Shown in pieces: positions 28,701 through 38,764 of a stretch of 64,000 nucleotides of DNA (positions are counted from its first letter, which is position 1; the number at the start of each line of letters is the position of its first letter). Origin of the DNA: Bacteroidia bacterium (GTDB lineage: Bacteria; Bacteroidota; Bacteroidia; AKYH767-A; OLB10); assembly GCA_046330075.1 (NCBI GenBank), contig JAXLTL010000001.1, positions 396,481 to 460,480 of the forward strand. Reading direction: 5' to 3'. The position numbers were made by a program, and so were the translations under genes. The notes under the pieces were generated by a model. It was not told the origin of the DNA. It saw only the letters and a program-made list of their open reading frames with translations, and searched no databases.

Positions 28701-30323
28701 TTACAACCCCATTATCTGTTTATCCTTCGGATATTTCACCTTGAAGGTTAAACGTTTTTTGGTGGTTTCTCCGGCAGGTATTTGCATCTTCCATTTTACT
28801 TCGCCTGTTTCGCTATTGTATTCGGCACCGCTGAGTTCGTCGATTTTTACTTCGATGTCTTTCTGCATGCTTACCGGTACCTGATCAAGAAGGATGAGCG
28901 AGATGGCTTCTTTCTTGCCGTTTTTAACAGTGATGTCGTAACTCAGATTCCGTTCTTTGTTTCCGCCGAAGAGTTTGTTTCCGCTGAGGTCTTTGAGTTT
29001 TTCGCGTTTTACAACAATGCGTTTGTCGCGGCCCAGGGATATTTCAAGCGTGTCATTGGATTCAGCAGGGTTGATATACGATTCTCCAACATAGGCACCG
29101 TCGAAGTAAATGTTGGCACCGCCGGGCGATAAACTGAGGTCTTCCCAGCCGGTGATTTTCGCAGTGAGGAAGGCATCTGCATCGAGTTTGGGTATAGCCA
29201 CATAGTTATATTCGGCCTGCAGGTTGTATTTCTGTATTTCTACCTGGTATTCCTGTCCATCGGATGGAATGGTGTAGGGCGTCATGATGTCGAAGGAGGA
29301 GTTGAGCGCATTCTGGCTTACGTTGACTTCGATGGCTTTCATGGCCACCTTTGCATCTTCTTCCCGGTCCCTTGCTCCGGCGGCAAGAGTTTGTTCTTGC
29401 ATGACAGGAGCGGCCATCGGAACGGCACCTTGTTTACCGTATAAGGCCACAGGCATGTAGTAGTTGAGCATCCAGGGGTATAAAACCGGGCGATCATTGC
29501 CAATGGAGGGATTGCCGGTGCTCAGACTGAGTTTTACCTGGTTCCAGTCTTCGCCGCTGCTTTGATTGACCTTGGCTTTGTAAACAAGCTCAAAGGGGCT
29601 GTTAACGTCTTTCGCTTTGAGATCATAAAACGCATACCAGCTTACATTGGATTGGATTACATAACTGAAATCAAATCCTGCCATGCCACGCGCTCCCGCA
29701 TTTACTTTTACAATGATATTACCGGTGGGCTGATCGTTTTTGGCTCGCAGTGTATTGAGTTGTTGCTGCAGCTTACCAACCTGCTCGTTGAGCTTTTTCT
29801 CTTTTTGTTGTTCTTCGAGCTGGTCTTGCTTGAGTTCTCCCATCTTCTTGATAAAATAGTCCACCATGGGCTCCAGTTCATCGGCCAGCACACCGTTGTT
29901 GGCACCACCGATGCTTTTGTTGGCGGTCAGCAGACTTTGTGTTTCAGTGAGCACCGCGATTTTATTTCTGACCTGTTGTAAACGGAGGGTGAGGGAGTCG
30001 AGGTCTCCTTCAAGACGCTGTACTTCTTTGGATTTCTTTTTTTCTTTGAGATAGTTGGTCTGGAAAGTGACGGATAAAATGGTGGCATCGCCGGTGCCTT
30101 TGAGCATGATGCTTTGTGGATTGATGTAGGGGGAAAGTCCGTCGAAAACGACTTCCTGAATGCCCGGATTAAGGGTGGCTTTGGCGGTCCTGCTGACCAT
30201 CGCCCCGTTTTGATAAATGCGTACGTCTTTGATGTCGGCATTGCTGACCCATACCGGGTCCTGGGCAAGGAGGGGGAGCTGCAACAGGCAAAATGCTGCG
30301 AGCATCCGGGCGAATTTTTTCAT
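28701..30323 (-). CDS. DUF4139/DUF4140 protein (mucoidy-inhibitor MuiA-like, TIGR02231 family)
   Basis: 540 aa with a signal peptide, an N-terminal DUF4140-like region, a central coiled coil (LEGDLDSLTLRLQQVRNKIAVL...) and a C-terminal beta-rich domain. Confidence 0.55.
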   Translation of the reverse strand: MKKFARMLAAFCLLQLPLLAQDPVWVSNADIKDVRIYQNGAMVSRTAKATLNPGIQEVVFDGLSPYINPQSIMLKGTGDATILSVTFQTNYLKEKKKSKEVQRLEGDLDSLTLRLQQVRNKIAVLTETQSLLTANKSIGGANNGVLADELEPMVDYFIKKMGELKQDQLEEQQKEKKLNEQVGKLQQQLNTLRAKNDQPTGNIIVKVNAGARGMAGFDFSYVIQSNVSWYAFYDLKAKDVNSPFELVYKAKVNQSSGEDWNQVKLSLSTGNPSIGNDRPVLYPWMLNYYMPVALYGKQGAVPMAAPVMQEQTLAAGARDREEDAKVAMKAIEVNVSQNALNSSFDIMTPYTIPSDGQEYQVEIQKYNLQAEYNYVAIPKLDADAFLTAKITGWEDLSLSPGGANIYFDGAYVGESYINPAESNDTLEISLGRDKRIVVKREKLKDLSGNKLFGGNKERNLSYDITVKNGKKEAISLILLDQVPVSMQKDIEVKIDELSGAEYNSETGEVKWKMQIPAGETTKKRLTFKVKYPKDKQIMGL

Positions 30324-30461
30324 AGAATTTTCTGATTATGCATGCACAGGATGCATCAACGAAGATATTCCATAATTCAGTATCACCCGTTCAGATTATT
30401 TTCATCTGGCGACTTTTTCACAATTGGATGACCTTGGTGCCGAATCCGGTATTTTTGCCCC

Positions 30462-31547
30462 ATGTACCTGAGTCGCCTCACCTTGTTTAACTTTAAGAAC
30501 TACGCAGAAGCAGAGTATAACTTCGGCGCCGGGGCGAATGCGTTTACGGGGAATAACGGTTCGGGGAAGACCAATATCCTGGATGCCATCCATTATCTCT
30601 GCCTGTGTAAAAGCTATTTCAACGCGACGGATACCCATTCGGTGAAACACGGGGAGTCGTTTTTTTCAATCAGCGGTTCTTTCGATATGGAGGATACCAC
30701 GGAGGAGATTGTGGTACTGGTGAAAACCGGACAGAAAAAGAGCGTGAAACGGAACCAGAAGGAGTATCAGCGCCTCGGCGACCATGTGGGACTCCTGCCA
30801 GTGGTGATGGAAGCTCCGGTAGATCAGGAACTGATCATCGGAGGCAGCGAGGAACGCCGGAAATTAATGGACGCCATCATTTGTCAATACGATCATGCAT
30901 ATCTCGACGATCTGGTGGCCTATAACCGGGTGCTGCAGCAACGGAATGCCTTGGTAAAGCAGTCGGCAAAGGGAGGATTTGCGGATCCCGGACTCTGGCA
31001 GGTATGGGATGAACAACTGGCTTTATACGGTCACAGGGTGTTTGATGCACGGACCCGTTTCATGGAGCAGTTTTTACCGTTATTCAGCTCTTCATATCAG
31101 TATCTCACGGGCGAAAACGAAGTTGCAGCTATCAGCTACAACAGCCAACTGGCGGAGGAGCGGCTGGAAAATATTCTGACCCGGAATCTGCAAAAGGACT
31201 TGGCTTTACAGTACACGTCGTCCGGTATTCACCGCGATGATCTGGTGCTGACCCTGAATGGTCATCCGGTAAAACGTATTGGCTCGCAGGGACAACAGAA
31301 ATCGGTCATTCTCGCGCTCAAACTGGCGCAGTTTCACATCATCCGCGAAGCGAAGGGCATCAAGCCGATCCTGATGCTGGATGATATTTTCGATAAACTG
31401 GATCTGCAACGGATCACCCGCCTGATGGAACTGGTGAGCAAGGAAACATTTGGTCAGTTGTTTTTAACGGATACGTCAGAAGAGCATGTGCAGAAAGTGT
31501 TCGCCACCATCGGTGTTCCGCTGAATACAATTCCCTGTTCAGGCTGA
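30462..31547 (+). CDS. recF: DNA replication and repair protein RecF
   Basis: Begins MYLSRLTLFNFKNY with Walker A GNNGSGKTNILDAI; C-terminal signature and Walker B (ILMLDDIFDKLD). Confidence 0.9.
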   Translation: MYLSRLTLFNFKNYAEAEYNFGAGANAFTGNNGSGKTNILDAIHYLCLCKSYFNATDTHSVKHGESFFSISGSFDMEDTTEEIVVLVKTGQKKSVKRNQKEYQRLGDHVGLLPVVMEAPVDQELIIGGSEERRKLMDAIICQYDHAYLDDLVAYNRVLQQRNALVKQSAKGGFADPGLWQVWDEQLALYGHRVFDARTRFMEQFLPLFSSSYQYLTGENEVAAISYNSQLAEERLENILTRNLQKDLALQYTSSGIHRDDLVLTLNGHPVKRIGSQGQQKSVILALKLAQFHIIREAKGIKPILMLDDIFDKLDLQRITRLMELVSKETFGQLFLTDTSEEHVQKVFATIGVPLNTIPCSG

Positions 31548-32009
31548 TTATTTCAATCGTACGCCATCGGCCACGAACGGAGTCGCATTGCCGCCATTAC
31601 GGATGATGTCACGTACGATCGTGGAAGAGACCGGAGCATACTGCGGTGAGGACAAAATGAACACGGTTTCAATGCCGCGTTCCATGTAATGATTCATCTG
31701 GGCGATAGCCTTCTCAAATTCGAAGTCGGCAGAGGTCCTTAAGCCGCGAAGGATAAAACGGGCGTGTACTTTTTTGCAGAATTCTACCGTAAGGCCGTTG
31801 TACGAGTGTACTTCAACCTGCGGAAAATCGGAGAAACTATCCTTGATCCATTGTACACGGTCCTGCAAAGGAAACATGTAATTCTTAGACGTATTGTTGC
31901 CAACCCCGATGATGATTTTATCAAAAAGATCAAGTGATCGGGTGATCACATCTACGTGTCCGATGGTAATGGGATCGAAACTGCCGGGGAAGAGAGCTAT
32001 CCTTGACAT
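31548..32009 (-). CDS. coaD: Pantetheine-phosphate adenylyltransferase
   Basis: Begins MSRIALFPGSFDPITIGHVDVI, the H/TxGH motif; 153 aa. Confidence 0.9.
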   Translation of the reverse strand: MSRIALFPGSFDPITIGHVDVITRSLDLFDKIIIGVGNNTSKNYMFPLQDRVQWIKDSFSDFPQVEVHSYNGLTVEFCKKVHARFILRGLRTSADFEFEKAIAQMNHYMERGIETVFILSSPQYAPVSSTIVRDIIRNGGNATPFVADGVRLK

Positions 32010-32035
32010 AGGCCAGATATTTTAACGAAGATACT

Positions 32036-32596
32036 TTATTCGGCCGATTCTTCCGCCAAGCTCTCTTTGAAGAAGGAAAAACTCACGTTCCCGTATTTCC
32101 GGGTTTCCTGCAGATTCGGGGTGCCGGTCAATGGGTTTTTCGTTTCGTGTTCGATGATCAGCACTCCTTTGGGCGTGAGTAAACGCTGACCGAAAACGAT
32201 CTCGACCAGCTCCGTTGCCGGTGTTTCTGCAAAGGGCGCGTCGGCAACAATGATGTCGTACGGCCCCCGGCTGTTTTTCAGAAAGCGCAACGCATCTGCA
32301 TTGATGGCCTGAATGCCCGGAGCGGCTTGCAGCAGTTGCAGGGTTTCCTTGATAAAACGGATACAGCCGGGATGTTTATCTACCGCAGTAACGGTGTGAC
32401 AACCGCGGGAGGCGAATTCATACGTAAGCGCTCCTGTGCCTGCGTACAGATCCAGCACCTTACAGTTCCTGAAATTGTACCGGGAGCTGAGGATGTTGAA
32501 GAGTCCGGTTTTGGCGAAGTCCGTGGTGGGACGCACCGGCAGATTTTTGGGCGGGTGTATTTGTCGGCTCCGGTATGTTCCGCTTATAATACGCAC
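32036..32596 (-). CDS. rsmD: 16S rRNA (guanine966-N2)-methyltransferase
   Basis: MRIISGTYRSRQIHPP N-terminus, SAM-binding VLDLYAGTGALTYE, and the DAPF motif (IIVADAPF). Confidence 0.85.
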   Translation of the reverse strand: MRIISGTYRSRQIHPPKNLPVRPTTDFAKTGLFNILSSRYNFRNCKVLDLYAGTGALTYEFASRGCHTVTAVDKHPGCIRFIKETLQLLQAAPGIQAINADALRFLKNSRGPYDIIVADAPFAETPATELVEIVFGQRLLTPKGVLIIEHETKNPLTGTPNLQETRKYGNVSFSFFKESLAEESAE

Positions 32597-33471
32597 AGGT
32601 ATTGTGTGAACAATCCAAAAAGGGAGTGCGGTGAGAGTTTATCGAATCCGTAACTGTAGTGGAGATGGTCTGCAGCTTCTCCCAGTACCACATTCCGTAC
32701 ATATTTACGGGCCAGCATCCAGTGGGCGCCGGTTTTTTCTATCTCTCCATAACAACGGACCGTGGCGACATCCGGATTGAGTTGCTGCTGTTCCATTGAA
32801 AAGAGCAGATAATAAATAAAATCTTCAGAGGTCTGGTAGGGGAAGATATTGAAGAAGCGCAGTTCTCCACCTTGTGTAATGACAATATCAAGCTCTTGCT
32901 GACGCAGCAAAACTGACACCACCGGTTCTGATTCGTGTTTGTTGATGCGGAGCTGGCTTTCGATAAATGCAGAGGAGGCATGGAAAAGAGAGGCTTCTTT
33001 GAAGCGTTCACCGGTTTCGCTGAGGAATCCTTCTTCTGCAGCATAAATCATATGCGCATTGGCAGAGCGGATCGGATCGGCATAAAACCGGTCGAGGGTA
33101 TTCAAACGGCAGGTGAGGGCGAGTGTGTCCTCAATATGGTCCTTGCTGAACAATGGATCCGGCACCAGACTATGTTTCAAACTATGGATGCCGATGATGG
33201 TCTGCGAAGGCTGAATGTCGCGCAGGATTTCGTCGTCTTCCAGAATCCGGGAAAAGAATCCTTCGGTATAAGGAGATGCCTCCGGCTGCTCGTTAACAAT
33301 GCGGTAATCGCGAAGCACTACGGCCTTCTGACGGGGACGGTCGATAACGCCGTAAGCGATACGTTGCTGTTCAGCCAGCAGGAGTAAAATCGGTTCTTCC
33401 ACCATGCCCTGGGTGTAGGACTCGTCGGTGATTTTATGCTTAAGACTGAAACGCAGGTCGCTTTGTACCAT
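32584..33471 (-). CDS. DUF3822 family protein
   Basis: Position upstream of rsmD-coaD matches the conserved Bacteroidetes DUF3822-rsmD-coaD block. Start set at the internal Met (33471) to avoid overlap with the divergent helicase gene. Confidence 0.5.
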   Translation of the reverse strand: MVQSDLRFSLKHKITDESYTQGMVEEPILLLLAEQQRIAYGVIDRPRQKAVVLRDYRIVNEQPEASPYTEGFFSRILEDDEILRDIQPSQTIIGIHSLKHSLVPDPLFSKDHIEDTLALTCRLNTLDRFYADPIRSANAHMIYAAEEGFLSETGERFKEASLFHASSAFIESQLRINKHESEPVVSVLLRQQELDIVITQGGELRFFNIFPYQTSEDFIYYLLFSMEQQQLNPDVATVRCYGEIEKTGAHWMLARKYVRNVVLGEAADHLHYSYGFDKLSPHSLFGLFTQYLCVL

Positions 33472-33522
33472 CTCTGCAAAAATAATTATTCCCGACGAAT
33501 ACCGGTAAAGGGGTCTAAGTGT

Positions 33523-34986
33523 ATGCTTTTCACGATATTTGACCTTTATTTTGAGACAGTGACCACACAGGAGAAGGCAGCATACGTTTTTGAGAGGATT
33601 CATGGTTTTTTAAAGTTTCCTCCCACACAGGGACAAGAGCGGTTCATCCGGAAATTCAGCGATTTCGCGGCTTCCGGAGCAGAAGGTATCTTTCTATTGA
33701 AAGGATATGCGGGTACCGGAAAAACAACGATGATGTCGGCGTTGACGGAGTCGTTTAACAATATCGTATTGCTGGCACCCACAGGACGGGCTGCGAAAGT
33801 CCTCTCCGGTTATACGGGAAAGCCGGCGTTTACCATTCACAAACATCTTTACCGGCCGGCCATGACCAGCGACGGACGTATGATGTTGCGGCTGGCGGAT
33901 AACCATTACCGGAAAACACTCTTCATTGTTGACGAAGCCTCTATGATTCCCGATGCAGCCATTGATGATGCCTCGAGTCCGTTTCCGGGGGTGAATCTCC
34001 TGAGCGATCTGGTGCGGTATGTCTATAGTGGTATTTCCTGCCGGCTGATGCTGGTGGGAGATACTGCCCAGTTGCCTCCGGTACATTTTTCCGAGAGTCC
34101 CGCCCTCGACCCCGACCATCTGCGGGCACGTTTTCGGAGAGAAGTCTATTCGGTGGAACTTACCGAAGTAGTGCGTCAGCAGGAGCAGAGTGAGATCCTG
34201 CTAAACGCCACGCATATCCGTCAATTGTTAAAGACAGAAGATGAACCACAGGAACTGAAGATTCAGACCATCGGTGATGTGGCCATCATGCCACCCCGCG
34301 ATCTGCCGGAACAATTACATTCCCTCTATAAAGAGCATGGCAAGGATAATGTAATGGTCATCACCCGGTCGAACAAAGCAGCCATTCAGTATAACCGCCT
34401 TATTCGCTACCAGACACTCTGGCTGGAGGACGAGATAGGAGGGGGCGATAACCTGATGGTGGTGAAGAACAACTACCACTGGCTGCCGGATGATCATTCG
34501 GCCGGTTTTATCGCGAATGGCGATGTGCTGGAAGTGCTCAAAACTTATCATTTTGAAGAGCGGTTTGGCTTTCGCTTTGCCATGGCGATTCTGCAATCAT
34601 CCGACTATCCCGATCAGCCTCCGTTCGAAGCCATGATTCTGCTGAACACCCTCAGCAGCGAGTCGCCATCTCTTTCCACACCTGAACAGCGTAAATTATT
34701 CGATGCGCTGCATGAATATTATGCAGAGGAGGAGCCCGATAAAAAACGCCGCAATGCACTGATTAAAAAAGACCCGTACTACAATGCCTTGCAGGTGAAG
34801 TTTGCCTATGCTATCACCTGTCACAAAGCACAAGGCGGACAATGGCCTGTTGTTTTTGTGGATCAGGGATACCTGACGGAGGAGATGCTGAATGAGGAGT
34901 ATTACCGCTGGTTGTATACGGCTTTTACCCGTGCGTCGGAAAAACTCTTTCTGCTGAATTTTGATCCCAGGTTCCTGGAAGAGTAA
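33523..34986 (+). CDS. ATP-dependent RecD-like DNA helicase (SF1, RecD/TraA family)
   Basis: Walker A GYAGTGKTT; LFIVDEASM (motif II); C-terminal VKFAYAITCHKAQGGQWPVVFV (helicase motifs V/VI). Confidence 0.8.
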   Translation: MLFTIFDLYFETVTTQEKAAYVFERIHGFLKFPPTQGQERFIRKFSDFAASGAEGIFLLKGYAGTGKTTMMSALTESFNNIVLLAPTGRAAKVLSGYTGKPAFTIHKHLYRPAMTSDGRMMLRLADNHYRKTLFIVDEASMIPDAAIDDASSPFPGVNLLSDLVRYVYSGISCRLMLVGDTAQLPPVHFSESPALDPDHLRARFRREVYSVELTEVVRQQEQSEILLNATHIRQLLKTEDEPQELKIQTIGDVAIMPPRDLPEQLHSLYKEHGKDNVMVITRSNKAAIQYNRLIRYQTLWLEDEIGGGDNLMVVKNNYHWLPDDHSAGFIANGDVLEVLKTYHFEERFGFRFAMAILQSSDYPDQPPFEAMILLNTLSSESPSLSTPEQRKLFDALHEYYAEEEPDKKRRNALIKKDPYYNALQVKFAYAITCHKAQGGQWPVVFVDQGYLTEEMLNEEYYRWLYTAFTRASEKLFLLNFDPRFLEE

Positions 34987-35649
34987 TTATCCTTCCATTT
35001 TTCCATCCTTCATCACCAGTTTCCGGTCGGCCATATCAGCCAGTTCCTGATTATGGGTAACGATAATGAAAGTCTGATTTAGCTTTTCACGAAGTTCAAA
35101 GAAAAGAGCGTGTAGTGAACGGGCGTTTTCGGAGTCCAGGTTTCCGGAAGGTTCATCTGCCAGAATCAGATCAGGATTATTCACCAATGCTCTGGCAATG
35201 GCTACACGTTGTTGTTCTCCACCCGAAAGTTCCGATGGCTTGTGAAGTGCCCGATGTTCAAGACCGAGGAGATTGAGGAGGGTACGGGCTTTTTCACGGG
35301 CTTCATCGAAAGAATTTCCGGCGATTAGTGCCGGCATAGACACATTTTCAAGTGCATTGAATTCAGCCAGCAACTGGTGAAACTGAAAGATAAAGCCAAT
35401 GTGTTTATTCCTGAAAGTAGCCAGCTGGCGGCCGTTTAATTTGCTGATTTCGGCTTCGTTGATACGAATTGTACCCTGGTCCTGCCGGTCAAGTGTCCCC
35501 AGAATATGCAGCAAAGTGCTTTTGCCGGCTCCGGAAGCACCTACGATCGACACCACCTCACGCTTTGCAATATCAAGGTCGATACCTTTCAGAACTTGCA
35601 ATGTTCCGTATGATTTGGTGACCCCCCGGGCAGTTATCAACATAGGCAC
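34987..35649 (-). CDS. ABC transporter ATP-binding protein (LolD/MacB-type ATPase)
   Basis: Walker [10 protein letters not shown]; ABC signature [15 protein letters not shown]; Walker B ILADEP; 220 aa. Confidence 0.9.
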   Translation of the reverse strand: MPMLITARGVTKSYGTLQVLKGIDLDIAKREVVSIVGASGAGKSTLLHILGTLDRQDQGTIRINEAEISKLNGRQLATFRNKHIGFIFQFHQLLAEFNALENVSMPALIAGNSFDEAREKARTLLNLLGLEHRALHKPSELSGGEQQRVAIARALVNNPDLILADEPSGNLDSENARSLHALFFELREKLNQTFIIVTHNQELADMADRKLVMKDGKMEG

Positions 35650-35743
35650 AAATATAGGGAACCCGGAATTGTAAAAGCTTGTTGGTAAATACCGCTTCCG
35701 GACAATCTTAGTAGCATGAATCCGTTATTTTTGCCAATCCCAT

Positions 35744-37828
35744 ATGTCACTGATAACTGCATATCCTACCTGGTATATCATCTTTTGTGTCGCAGCCGGC
35801 ATTTTACTGACCTGGCTGCTCTACAGAAAAGAGGCCTTGGTGAAGGAAGCCGGTACTTGGCCTGGCAGATTATTGATCTTCTCACGGTTTCTGGTAATCA
35901 GCCTGCTCGCTTTTTTATTGTTGAGCCCGATGATCCGAACCTTTTCAAGAGAAGTGGAAAAGCCCATTGTAGTACTGGCCATCGATGATTCCCGTTCTGT
36001 ACTCAATGCCCGGGATTCGGTGCAACGCAGAGACCAGTTGCTAAAAGATGTAGAAGTGCTGAGAGATGAGCTGGGCAATGACTATGATTTAAGGGTATGG
36101 TCATTTAGTGATCGGGTGAAGGAAGGCTTCGACGGACAGTTCCCGGGCAAATCGACGGATTTCAGCAAATTGTATAATCAGCTGGATGTACAGTTTGCCA
36201 ACAGAAATAATGGCGCATTGATTCTGGCTACAGACGGACTGTATAACGAAGGTGCCAGTCCTGTTTATGGACCATCACAAGTGAAGGTGCCGGTATTTTG
36301 CCTCGCACTGGGTGACACAACGGTGCGAAAAGATGTTTTGATCTCTGCGGTGAATCATAACCGGATTGCATTTCTTGGAAATGCTTTTCCATTGGAAATA
36401 GCTGTTGATGCCCGCCAGGCTTCGGGGGCACGCACGATGTTAAAGGTACTGGAAGATTCAGTTCAGATTTTTTCCAGAGATGTGCAGATCTCCGGAGCGA
36501 ATTATCACCTTGTAGTGCCGGTGCTGATTGATGCGAAGTCAAAAGGTATTCATCATTATCATATCGAAGTACAAACCATTGAAGGCGAAGTGACCGCCGT
36601 CAATAATGTACGTGATGTGTTTGTGGAAGTGGTTGAGCAGAAGGAAAAGATTCTGATCCTGTCTGCTGCTCCCAATCCGGATGTTTCTGCGATTCGCCAA
36701 ACACTGGAAAAGAGCCCGAATTATGAAGTGAAAGTTTCAAAGCCTGGAGATGTGACAGGTTCGGTTGGCGATTATAATCTGGTCATCCTGCATGGTATAC
36801 CTACGGCGGGTATAGATGTAAAACCTTTGTTGGAGCGTATGGAGTCGGCGGGCGTCCCGGTATGGTATATCCTTAGTGCGAACACTTCGGTTGAAGGATT
36901 TAATGCCATGTCGCCTGGATTGAAGCTTACTCAGGCAAATGGACAGCTTAACGATGTGCAGGGCATCGTTGGGGATGGTTTCAGTTTATTCACACTATCG
37001 GGAGATTTAAAATCACTTCTTCCGTCCTGGCCACCTCTGAAATCTCCATTCGGGGTTTATCAGCCGGCTTCGGATGTTTATCCATTGTTGTATCAGAAGA
37101 TCGGCGCAGTGATCACTTCGCAACCCCTGTTTTGTTTTTCAGAGAAGAACGGAAGGAAACAAGCTGTACTTGCCGGTGAAGGTTTGTGGAGATGGAAGCT
37201 GGCCGAGTTCAGTGAGAGCGGTCAACATACCTTTACAGATGAACTGATCAATGGCGCTGTTCAGTTTCTGAGTGTGAAAGAAAACAGAAGCCCGTTTCGG
37301 ATTTCTGTGAAAAATAATTTCCGTGAGAATGAATCTTTGATCTTTGATGCCCAACTTTACAATCAGTCCGACCAGTTGGTGAATGATCCTGAAGTACGGT
37401 TAACCATCACTGATGCCAGAGGTAAAGAGTTCCCCTTCACCATGTCGAGGGCCGACAAAGGTTATCATCTCGAAGCGGGGATATTCCCTCCCGGGAATTA
37501 CAAGTACAAAGGAGAGGTGTCTCTGGGAGATAAAGTACTCAGTGCTAAAGGGGAATTCAGCATCAGTGCGTTACAGGTTGAAACAGCCGTTACCATAGCC
37601 GATCATAAGCTGCTCAAGGCACTTTCTGCCCGTACCGGTGGTGAAGTAGCCTATCCGGGTCAGGCCGGAGAAATTGTGAAGTTGATACGCTCCGGCGAAA
37701 ACATGAAGAGCGTATCGTACTTGCATAAAAAACTGGAAGACCTGTTGAATGAGCCCTGGTTCTTTGTGTTGATCATCGTCTTTCTTTCGCTCGAGTGGTT
37801 TATCCGAAAGAGAGCAGGGTCGTATTAA
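35744..37828 (+). CDS. Large membrane protein with BatA-like N-terminal two-TM region and a C-terminal TM anchor (function unknown)
   Basis: 694 aa; N-terminal two-TM segment like the aerotolerance-regulator N-terminal domain; a VWA-like segment ...VLAIDDSRSV...; terminal TM helix FFVLIIVFLSLEWFI. Confidence 0.5.
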   Translation: MSLITAYPTWYIIFCVAAGILLTWLLYRKEALVKEAGTWPGRLLIFSRFLVISLLAFLLLSPMIRTFSREVEKPIVVLAIDDSRSVLNARDSVQRRDQLLKDVEVLRDELGNDYDLRVWSFSDRVKEGFDGQFPGKSTDFSKLYNQLDVQFANRNNGALILATDGLYNEGASPVYGPSQVKVPVFCLALGDTTVRKDVLISAVNHNRIAFLGNAFPLEIAVDARQASGARTMLKVLEDSVQIFSRDVQISGANYHLVVPVLIDAKSKGIHHYHIEVQTIEGEVTAVNNVRDVFVEVVEQKEKILILSAAPNPDVSAIRQTLEKSPNYEVKVSKPGDVTGSVGDYNLVILHGIPTAGIDVKPLLERMESAGVPVWYILSANTSVEGFNAMSPGLKLTQANGQLNDVQGIVGDGFSLFTLSGDLKSLLPSWPPLKSPFGVYQPASDVYPLLYQKIGAVITSQPLFCFSEKNGRKQAVLAGEGLWRWKLAEFSESGQHTFTDELINGAVQFLSVKENRSPFRISVKNNFRENESLIFDAQLYNQSDQLVNDPEVRLTITDARGKEFPFTMSRADKGYHLEAGIFPPGNYKYKGEVSLGDKVLSAKGEFSISALQVETAVTIADHKLLKALSARTGGEVAYPGQAGEIVKLIRSGENMKSVSYLHKKLEDLLNEPWFFVLIIVFLSLEWFIRKRAGSY

Positions 37829-37831
37829 GTT

Positions 37832-38530
37832 TTATTTATAGGCCCCGGCAGGAAGATTTTCATTTCCTAAAAAATAAGGTTCCTGGTGAAATACAAACAA
37901 ATCCAACATCGTCTTTGCCCTGGCAAAGTATTCACGCATTCTTACTTTTAATGTGAAATCTTCCGGAGGATCCTGTGCATTGAAAGCAATGGCTTCGATG
38001 CCGTATTTACGTGCAATGTATACTGCCCGTTCATTGTGAAACTGCTGGGAAACGACGGTAAACTTTTTCAGCTTAAACACTTTCTTTCCACGGATAACAG
38101 AGTCGAAGGTGCGGAATCCGGCGAAATCAAGAATGATGACAGAATCAGGAATCCCCATCCTGATGAGTTCTTTGCGCATCTCCCGCGGTTCATTGTAAGA
38201 GAAGAACCGGTTATCACCGCTAAGTAATAGATATTGGATTTTTCCTGCGAAAAAAAGTGATTTAGCTGCATGTATACGATATTGAAAATAGGGATTTGGT
38301 TTCCCGGAGCTTAATAATCGACTGGTTCCCAGTACCAGCGCTACTTTGTTGGGTGGGACTTTGTTTAAATCATTGTACAAATATGGATGCGCACCATTTT
38401 CAACTGTTGCATTGCTTTGCCAGATAAAAAGAGATACAGTCCCGAATAAGGTCAGCATGGTAATACCGATTACCAGACGAAATCGTTGGAAAAAACTTAA
38501 GATGGGCCGGTAAAATTGCTGAACCGTCAT
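37832..38530 (-). CDS. SanA/ElyC/YdcF family protein (DUF218)
   Basis: N-terminal TM anchor, then a DUF218 core (LVLGTSRLLSSGKPNPYF...LLLSGDNRF...). Confidence 0.7.
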   Translation of the reverse strand: MTVQQFYRPILSFFQRFRLVIGITMLTLFGTVSLFIWQSNATVENGAHPYLYNDLNKVPPNKVALVLGTSRLLSSGKPNPYFQYRIHAAKSLFFAGKIQYLLLSGDNRFFSYNEPREMRKELIRMGIPDSVIILDFAGFRTFDSVIRGKKVFKLKKFTVVSQQFHNERAVYIARKYGIEAIAFNAQDPPEDFTLKVRMREYFARAKTMLDLFVFHQEPYFLGNENLPAGAYK

Positions 38531-38764
38531 TGGTAATACAACGAGGTAATGAATTGAATATGTGTGCTGGTTATTAACTTCCGGAGTTTAAACGGAACCC
38601 GGATCCGTTTGATTCCACAATATTAGTGTTTAAGGTGGGCTGATTTCAAATGAAAACGATGATTTATTCATCAATTGAAGGTTGTAAAAGTCAATTTTTA
38701 CTTTGTATGGAGAATTCGGTGATTCGCGGACAACGGTTTAATACAGGATTGATATTTTAGTTGA

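Noticed and set aside
33436-33522. First 29 codons of the RecD-like helicase ORF
   Set aside because: They overlap the start of the divergent DUF3822 gene. The ATG at 33523 (MLFTIFDLYF) leaves both genes non-overlapping and precedes the Walker A motif at a normal distance.
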